64,000 nucleotides of DNA, taken from contig JAHLTZ010000053.1 of the NCBI GenBank assembly GCA_025786725.1, positions 1 to 64,000 on the forward strand. Direction: 5' to 3'. Within the stretch, counting starts at the first letter, position 1, and each line of letters starts with the position of its first letter. Under the pieces are notes generated by a model. The model was given only the letters and a program-made list of their open reading frames with translations. It was not told the origin of the DNA and made no database searches. This document shows, piece by piece, positions 56,081 through 64,000 of this stretch. The stretch is from Syncephalis fuscata S228. Taxonomy: Eukaryota > Fungi > Zoopagomycota. Both the position numbers and the translations under genes were made by a program.

Positions 56081-57795
56081 ATGATGCCCTACCGCCCACC
56101 ACAACGCCAACAATCCCCTGCTCGTCAGCGTACTCCTCCGCTTCGTCAGCCATCGCCAACGCATCAGCGTAACTCGAGCTATAGCCAGGCCACGAATAAC
56201 TCGGATCCATACGGCTCACCATCCAATAGCCGAAACCAAACCAGGCTGGTCCAACGATGGTACCAGGCCATCCAGGTGGCCAATTAACACAGGTAGCGGT
56301 GGTATTAAACAAATACCGCTTACCTGTTCTGGCCACACACGTCCGTTGTTCAGCTACAGTTTTCGCCAGTACTTGAAGATGGCAGCTATTTATTAATTAG
56401 CGCCTGTAAAGACGGCAATCCTATGCTGCGTATTGGTGCAACCGGCGATTGGATCGGAACATTCAAGGGCCATAAAGGTGCTGTGTGGTGTGCACGTCTT
56501 AATATGGATGCTTCACGTGCTGTTACCGCTTCAGCTGATTTCTCTGCTAAAGTATGGGATACATTCAGCGGTGAAGTACTGCATACATTCCAACACAAGC
56601 ATATAGTCCGTGCCGTCGACATTTCACCTGATGGCCGCTACGTTGTCAGCGGCGGTCACGAGAAAGTCGTGCGTATGTACGATCTATCATCGCCTGATGC
56701 TGCACCTCGTTTGGCTATGGGCCACGAAGCAACCATTAAAGGCATTGTTTGGGATCAATGGCATGGCGTGTTGATCACGCATGCCGAAGAACGTAGCGTT
56801 CGTATTTGGGATTTACGTACGCTGAAGCAGACCAACTTGCTTGAAACGCAAGAGCGCGTCACCTCGGTCGAATTATCGAGCGATGGTGCAGTCATTAGCG
56901 CTACAGCCGGCAAGGCGGTCTATTTCTGGGATGCAGATACCTACGAATTGGTCAAAACGATCAATATGACCTTCGAGGCTAGCTGTGTTACTCTACATCC
57001 TACACGGGCCAGATTTGTTGTTGGTTCCAGCTCGGATCTATGGGTTCGTGTCTACGATTTGGCATCTGGCCAAGAGCTAGAATTGTACAAAGGCCATCAC
57101 GGACCAGTGCACACCGTCAGCTACAGTCCCGATGGTGAGGTGTATGCAACGGGTTCGGAAGATGGTACAATTCGTTTGTGGCAAACCATTCCTGGTACCG
57201 AGTATGGTCTATGGCAAGCTCAGTACACGGACGAAGAAGCTGCGCACTAGCTGCATTGGCTGCCGATGAAGAAGAAGCTATGTTGGCTGCCGCTATTGCC
57301 GCCGAATTAAATGGCGCGCAACAACATTCACCACCACAGCAACATCAAGCTTTGTCACAAGGCTATAGTCCACAACAACACAGCAGCAGCACAACAACAC
57401 AGCAGCAGCAGCAGCAAGCGCAGCAGCTGTCACCACAACAGTTGCAACAGTTACAACAATTGCAACAGCAGGAGCAGCAATATCAACAGCAGCTCCAGCA
57501 ACAAATCCTCCAGCATTTGCAACAGCAACAACAGGGACTTGGCTCTGCTGGTCTAACAAGCAATTTCCCACCACAAATGCAATATTCACCACAGCCACAG
57601 CAGCAGCAGCAACAGCTCGCCTCAATGATGGCATCTGTTCAACCACAAGGATCGCCACCTCTGCAACAACAAGGCATGCCACGCACATCTGGTGCCTATG
57701 TCCCACCACATGCACAGCGTATAACAGGTCGACCTGGTAACCAAGCTGCCGCTGCTCCATACGGAGTTCCATCTGGTCTACTTGCTTTCCAATAA
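56081..57795 (+). CDS. STRAP: STRAP/UNRIP-like WD40 protein with Pro/Gln-rich N- and C-terminal extensions (several apparent -1 indels)
   Basis: PLTCSGHTRP[V]V.L.FS....G.YLLISACKDG.PMLR.G.TGDWIGTF.GHKGAVW...SADFSAKVWD...GHHGPVH.V.YSPDGE.YATGSEDGTIRLWQ. The core ORF is 56423-57250; the flanking ORFs join by single-base insertions. Confidence 0.85.
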
Positions 57796-58728
57796 AGCAT
57801 TGATTAGACGGCTATTTAGATGGTGGATAATTATTAGCAATTTAAACAAAACGTGCTACATCTCAAGTAGTTGTACACGAGGCATTATTGCTACTATTAT
57901 GCTGTGTAAGCATTTGCCTAGATTATTGTACCAGTTTAACTGGCACCATGTCCCCTCCACTCTGCTCGCTTTGCTTACATTGTCGGATCGCGACAATGTT
58001 TGATACCAACCATTGACCGATACCGTTTTAATTTGACGCCCATACAATCAATATCATTACTACATTTACTACTATGTTTATCCGCTTACATATGCACATT
58101 CATTACTGTTATTCTATCTCATGACGATGATCACGACGATGACGACGATGACGACTTGAATAATGGCCTGAATTCAACTCCATTGTGCTCAGCTGCCCTT
58201 TGTATCTAAGCATTTACGTTTTACGAGAGCCTTTGAATAGAATTGTTCTTGTTGATTTAACTTTGTTGTCTACATTCATGTTTATTACTGTGTAAAGTGT
58301 ACTAATTGTTTAAATGGTAAAATGGCACTAACCTATATATAAACTCTCTATTCTTCTACAATGCTATTATTATATACTTGCATTACTGCATACCATTCTA
58401 TCATATAATGATGTACAGTAGTATAATTGTGCAATAGAAGTGATATATACATATGCATACTGGATAATAAATCTATGCTGATGAGTATTTTTATTCTTGA
58501 TGTCATTCACCACCTATAATCATCTTCAATAGATTTGAATGTTATTAAGTGCTAGTCATTTTACATTCAAATCACACTAAATGGTTAATAAATTGTTTAG
58601 TTTTTACAAAAAGAAAATATTATCTTTATTTAATAATAATTCACAGATGACTACAATTTTCATTAATAAATAATTATAAAACTTTATTTCCTAGTTTATA
58701 CGATTCATATACTATACACTAAGCAATC

Positions 58729-59943
58729 ATGCTGCGTAATGCAATAACTAGGTCGTGTGCCTATTCGGCAAGACAAAGCACTGTATTTCAGACGAGTATT
58801 TTACCCGCCATCTTTACCGAGCAGCGACGTCATGCAGGACATAGTAAATGGGCTAAAATCAAACGCACTAAAGGTGCTGCTGACATGAAGCGCGGCCTTG
58901 TCTTTTCTAAAATTAGTTTAGAGATCGTGTCGGCAATTCGGCGTAGGTATAGTACATAAGAAGTAGCTAGTGAGTGCTTATACTCGGTAAATAGATCAAG
59001 GACCTGATTCCAGCTTGAATTTGCGCTTAGCGGCAGCACTTAATAAAGCACGCGCTCATTCTTTACCCAAAGAAAATATTGATAAAGCCTTTAAGAAAGC
59101 AAGCTACTGCATAGACTGTATGACTACCAAACGGCTGACTAAAGCAAACTAGGCAACTAGCAAGGCACAGGGTGGCGCTGATGTTGAAGATGTTGCCTAT
59201 GAAGCATTTGGAACACATGGCGTGGCTCTTATTATGTTAGTAACTTGTAATGTGTTAATGTCAAATCTTTAATCATATATTTATTAGTGAAGCAGTAACA
59301 GACAATCGTACCCGAACAATCATGAAAATACGCTCTACATTAACTAAATTCAAGCAAGTATTGCCATAGTACCTATCAAACTGATCTAATACAAATAGTT
59401 TAGCGGTCAATTAACACCCGTAGCTTATTTATTTGAACGAAAAGGTAGATACACAGAATGCTATTTATTAACTACTAAACATTGCTATTGTGTTAGGTGT
59501 TGTACAGTTTAGTCCTGCTTCATCTTCGGTAGACGCTCATGTGGCAGAAAATGACGAGTCCAACGGACTTGACGATTCAGAATTAGATCAAGCGATGGAA
59601 GCAGCCATTGAAGCAGGGGCCGAAGATGTAGACGAGGTGTCACCCGGTCTACTAGAGGCAAGTAGCAGTCCAGGCTAAATGGATCGATTATATCTAATCT
59701 GCTTGCTATTTAGGCGTTTGTGCTGTATCCGAACTACAAGCAGTATCGCGCGCTCTGGCCAACTTGCCTGCCTACCAAATAGAAGCTGTAGAGCTGCGCT
59801 ATCAAGCTGAAACTCCAATCGATGAGCCGCAGGATCCAGAAGCGCGCGAAGCTCTAGGCAGAATGCTTGAAGATTTAGATTCGATTGAAGACGTTGTACG
59901 TCTCTATACCAATCTGCCAACCAACAGCTCGCTTCTGCCATGA
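58729..59943 (+). CDS. YebC/PmpR family protein, mitochondrial TACO1-like
   Basis: Transit peptide, then AGHSKWAKIKRTKG..D..R...FSK, NLRLAAA..KAR...LPKENIDKA, YEAFG..GVA.I.EAVTDNR.RT, AIEAGAEDV and LDSIEDV..LYTN. Confidence 0.9.
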
Positions 59944-60397
59944 TACCAAAGCAAGCTTGTAGTATCTGCATTTACAATAAACATTTACGCCCTTTAAGCA
60001 CTACCATGGCATTAAATCCGATTGTTTTGTCCGCCATTCGATTACTATAACCATTTTCTTTAAAATGGCAGTATAGAAATGTAATTTTTGAGTAAAATGT
60101 TTGTATATGTTTTAATGTGTTTGCATGGTGTCGACAAAATAACCAACCCATGTTTATTTATCGACTTTTGTAGCTCAACAACGGCGGCGGTCACATATGG
60201 AACAACACAGCGCTTTTTTACTTTTGGCCCTTTTCAGCGGCGGCCTGACCGACAAGTTGTCCCTTTTCTTTGCTTAGTTTCCTTACATCCAACGTCTTCA
60301 TTGACGCGTGCTGTCTTAGATCTTATCATCATCTCTTTCCAACCAGATTACCACATCGGCACTTGCCAGAGTAGTGAGTCGCCAACCAGCCAGTAGC

Positions 60398-61894
60398 ATG
60401 AGCGACAGCGTATCCGAGGGGCCTACGCTAAGAACCTCGTCAGGTCTTAAGATCCGTATAAAGCTTTCGGGCTTGTCGCGGCCAGGTTCCACGGTGGGTT
60501 CGCCTGAGTCGTCGCCAGTAGCTACGTTGGCCGGTTCCTCTACGTCCGGCGAAAATGGCCACAATATCGATATGTTAACAGCACTGCCATCACCAGCAGG
60601 CGCTGGTATATCAGGTGGATCAGATGATATGGCAGCTGGTGGGTTTAATGCTAGTGCACGAAAACGCCGAGCGCGTACTAGTGCCACTCCATCGGACAAT
60701 TCGCCACAACAGCCACAGAAACGACGACGACGTACAAAGAAGCAAATAGAGGCAGATCAGGCAGCTGAATTAGAGTGCGTAAATCGTAGTTGGGTATTGA
60801 TTTAAGCTAACTGTACAAATTGTTAGATCTGGTACTACAACACCATTAAAAATGGAGGCTATCAGCGCTGGAGACAATTATCCCCGTACCATGGTTACAT
60901 CTAATAGTAACAGTGGTAACGGTGCCAGTAATACTAACACTATTAGCGATTCACTAGGTGGGTATCGTTTGTTATTGTAGCTGTATTTATTTCGTTTTAA
61001 ATACATAAGCTAATGGCAACTGAATAGCTCGTACGGAACGAACTACTATGGCCTCAGCTGTATCGGCTCAGTTAAAGCAAGCAACGGTTGTAAATCGCAT
61101 TAGTTATACATCAGCCGAATACCGTGCAGCACGACCCCGTCATTGGACATGTCAGCCAGTTACAATACGCACACTTGGTGGTGGCAGTATTCAAATACAA
61201 TCATGGCATTCACGTAAGTATTTATTTATACTAATGTCAAATATCTAATAATAGACATTTAGGTGACAAATTAGCTATGAACCATGTTGTAAGACAGCCA
61301 ACCACTAATGCAGCATCGTCATCAACGACATCAACAGCCGCAGCAACGACAATACTAGCTCATGGTGATTCAAGTGGACATTGGGGTGAGTAGCACTGAT
61401 AATGTTATTCATAGATATTGGATACTAAGCTATTTATCAATTTAGATGACCTTAATATGATATCAGATAGTCAGGGTCGCCGACCAGGATTATATCGTGA
61501 AGACTCTGGCTTACTTGATGTAACAAACAATCCTACACCTAGTGATGAAGAGATGGCTTTTAGTGGCAACGGGATTCCACACGGTATGCCTATCGCTTCT
61601 AATGCAGGTCACAAAAAGGATAAGCCTTTTGCATGCAGCTATCCAGGTTGTACACGGGCATTTGGCGATCAACCTGGCCTGACACGGCATATTACCGTAT
61701 CTCATGGTGAACGGCCATATGTCTGTGAATATGAAGGATGCGACCGTCGATTCTACGATGCAGCTAAACTACGACGACATCATGGTGCACATGCTCGATT
61801 GGAAATACAGCGAAAGGATAAACTACCTGCCACTCCAGAATCTATACACGGTAAACGACCAAATCAAAAACCAGCTATTGAAACCAGTGGATAG
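60398..61894 (+). CDS. C2H2 zinc-finger protein, YY1/Iec1-like (REPO-like motif plus two fingers)
   Basis: FACSYPGC...F......RH....HGERPYVCEYEGC...F....KLRRH...H, with upstream PRHWTCQPVTIRTLGGGSIQIQSWHS; multi-exon. Confidence 0.7.
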
Positions 61895-62193
61895 TAATAG
61901 TAATAACATCAATAATATTAATAATGCATGGTTATTAGATCAACAAAACTATTATTCATTTAAATGTCCTTTATGACTTTATTCCATTGTTTTTTTTGCT
62001 TTCATTTGCTTTTGTGCGTGCCTGTGTGTCGTTAATTTTCCAATAATAATAACAATAAATAAATGTTAATAATATAATTAGTGATTACCATTATTGTTAC
62101 CACCATTATTGTCGGATGATTGAATGACGTAGGACAGAAATCAACACTTGACAGTATCCAACTACTTATTCTATTCATCATCAGTAACTCATC

Positions 62194-64000
62194 ATGTCGT
62201 TTACCAAGCGTAAGTTTTATATATATACATAGTTTTATTTACTTGAATGACCATGATAATATACATATATATATATACATATATAAATATATAGAAAAAG
62301 TATTTTCCGCTTTGCCAGCTACCGAGCGAGGACGAGCTGTTTTACTAGGCGGTGACCCCAAGGAAGGCCGACGAGTAGTCTATTGTAATGGCCGCACAAT
62401 TATTCTACGGGACTTGGCGGTAAGACGAGTATAATAGCGCTGTATATATATACATATATATAGTATTCATTTACAAATGTCTAACCACTATAAACAATAT
62501 AACCAACCAATATATAGGACCCGGTGCATCGGTGGAGTATGCTGGTCATTCTTTTACAACAACAACGGCTCGTATCTCTCCTACCGGCTATTATGTAGCA
62601 TCTTCAGGTATAATATTTATAATAGGCGTGGTTGCATCCATCTAATAAATACTAGATATACGAGGTACTGTTCGTATCTGGGATGCTACACAACCAGAAC
62701 AGATTTTAAAATCCGAATTCCATATTTTGGGCGGTAAAATTAATGATTTGTCCTGGGATGGCGATAGTCAGCGAATTATTGCTGTAGGCGAGGGTCGTGA
62801 ACGGTAATTATTATATATATTATATTGTATTATACACTTTAATGAGTCATTTATTTAATGATCCTAGATTTGGACATGCATTTACATTTGATTCAGGCAA
62901 TAGTGTTGGTGAAATTATCGGTCATAATAAACCGATTAATTCATGCCATATTCGATCAAATCGTCCTTATCGAGCAGTTACAGCTGGTGATGACAATATC
63001 GTCTGCTTCTTCCACGGACCACCATTCCGTTTCCAGTTCTCCATCAAGGATCATAGTCGATTTGTTAACTGTGTTCGATTCTCGCCTAATGGCGATCATT
63101 TTGCCAGTGTTAGCGCTGATACTAAGGTAGATCTATAGTGCGAAACAATCACAATGATACTAATAAGTATATTTAGATGTTTTTATATGACGGTAAATCG
63201 GGCGAGCGTGTTTCCGAAATGTCCAGCAGTACAAATGAAGGCGGCCACACTGGTGGTATTTACTCTCTAGCTTGGAGTCCAGATAGCACTCAAATATTGA
63301 CATCATCGGCTGATGGTAGCACTAAGATATGGGATGTTGCTACCGGCAAAGTTGCAACGTTAGTAGTTATTTATTAGATAGATGATGTACCTCATGTTTG
63401 TTTATTGGTGAATAGAACCTTCAAGTTTGCCGAACAAGCCAATGTTGGACACCAACAAGTCGGCAATCTTTGGCAAGGAGATCATTTGGTATCGTTATCA
63501 TTGTCGGGTGATTTGAACTGTCTTGATCCACGTGCACCTGAAAAGCCATCACGTATCGTCAATGTAAATATTATAAACTGGCATGACTAATATTAGATAG
63601 ATGCTAAGCTTTACATATATGTATATATAGGGACATCAATGTGCTATTACAGGTTTGGCTGTTCAAGGAGAAAAGACCATGTGGTCGTCTAGTTATGACG
63701 GTAGAGTCTATATCCTTTATCTGTATACATTATAGCCATTTGTATGATGATTAGCATCTAACATAATAATAACCTTGACTTTTTGCTACGCCAGTGGGAT
63801 GTATCGACGGGAGAGACATCGATTATTGCCAATGATAAACCTATATCGTCAACCATTGGATTGGTACGTGATCCAACAGTTGATCGTATTTATACAACTG
63901 GATTAGATGAGCAGCTACGAGCAATTCCTAATGGTAGCCAGTCGTTTGCGTAAGTATTTGGCTGGTTATGATACATCAGAGTAGTAATACAGATAATATT
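62194..64000 (+). CDS. AIP1: Actin-interacting protein 1 / WDR1 (5' part; runs off the window)
   Basis: [106 protein letters not shown]. Confidence 0.93.
63710..63789 (+). other. U12-type (minor spliceosome) AT-AC intron in AIP1
   Basis: 5' site ATATCCTTT, branch AACCTTGAC at 63771-63779, 3' end TAC. Removal restores SSYDGRV-C-QWDVSTG in frame. Confidence 0.88.

Overview
AT-rich, intron-rich eukaryotic DNA from a fungus, probably an early-diverging lineage (inferred from a U12 AT-AC intron and the gene repertoire; Zoopagomycota-like is a guess). Conventional genes: two tandem histone-fold/low-complexity paralogs, four paralogous multi-TM (GPCR-like) genes in inverted and tandem arrangement, SEC66, a KEX1-like carboxypeptidase, a TM-RGS protein, alanine aminotransferase, a BTB protein, NAD-IDH, an LRR protein, ARP6, a STRAP-like WD40 protein, YebC/TACO1, a YY1-like zinc finger and AIP1/WDR1. 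The standout is at 42121-44780. What looks like an ~80-bp tandem repeat is a gene with 32 phase-1 introns separating 31 micro-exons (30 of 3 nt, one of 6 nt), so almost every codon of the mature peptide is split by its own intron. Spliced by hand it reads MKLSIAVVCTIVVALVAVTAMVDAKPALVRR|GDPAQCAACVENCKRRTGLDWGKCRNGSCRTIC*: signal peptide, dibasic site and a 6-Cys mature peptide. It lies between two direct copies of a TIR-bounded element carrying a decayed Fanzor/TnpB C-terminus; two more relics of that element occur in the window. Many conserved genes carry apparent single-base deletions, mostly in short homopolymers, which suggests assembly indel errors.
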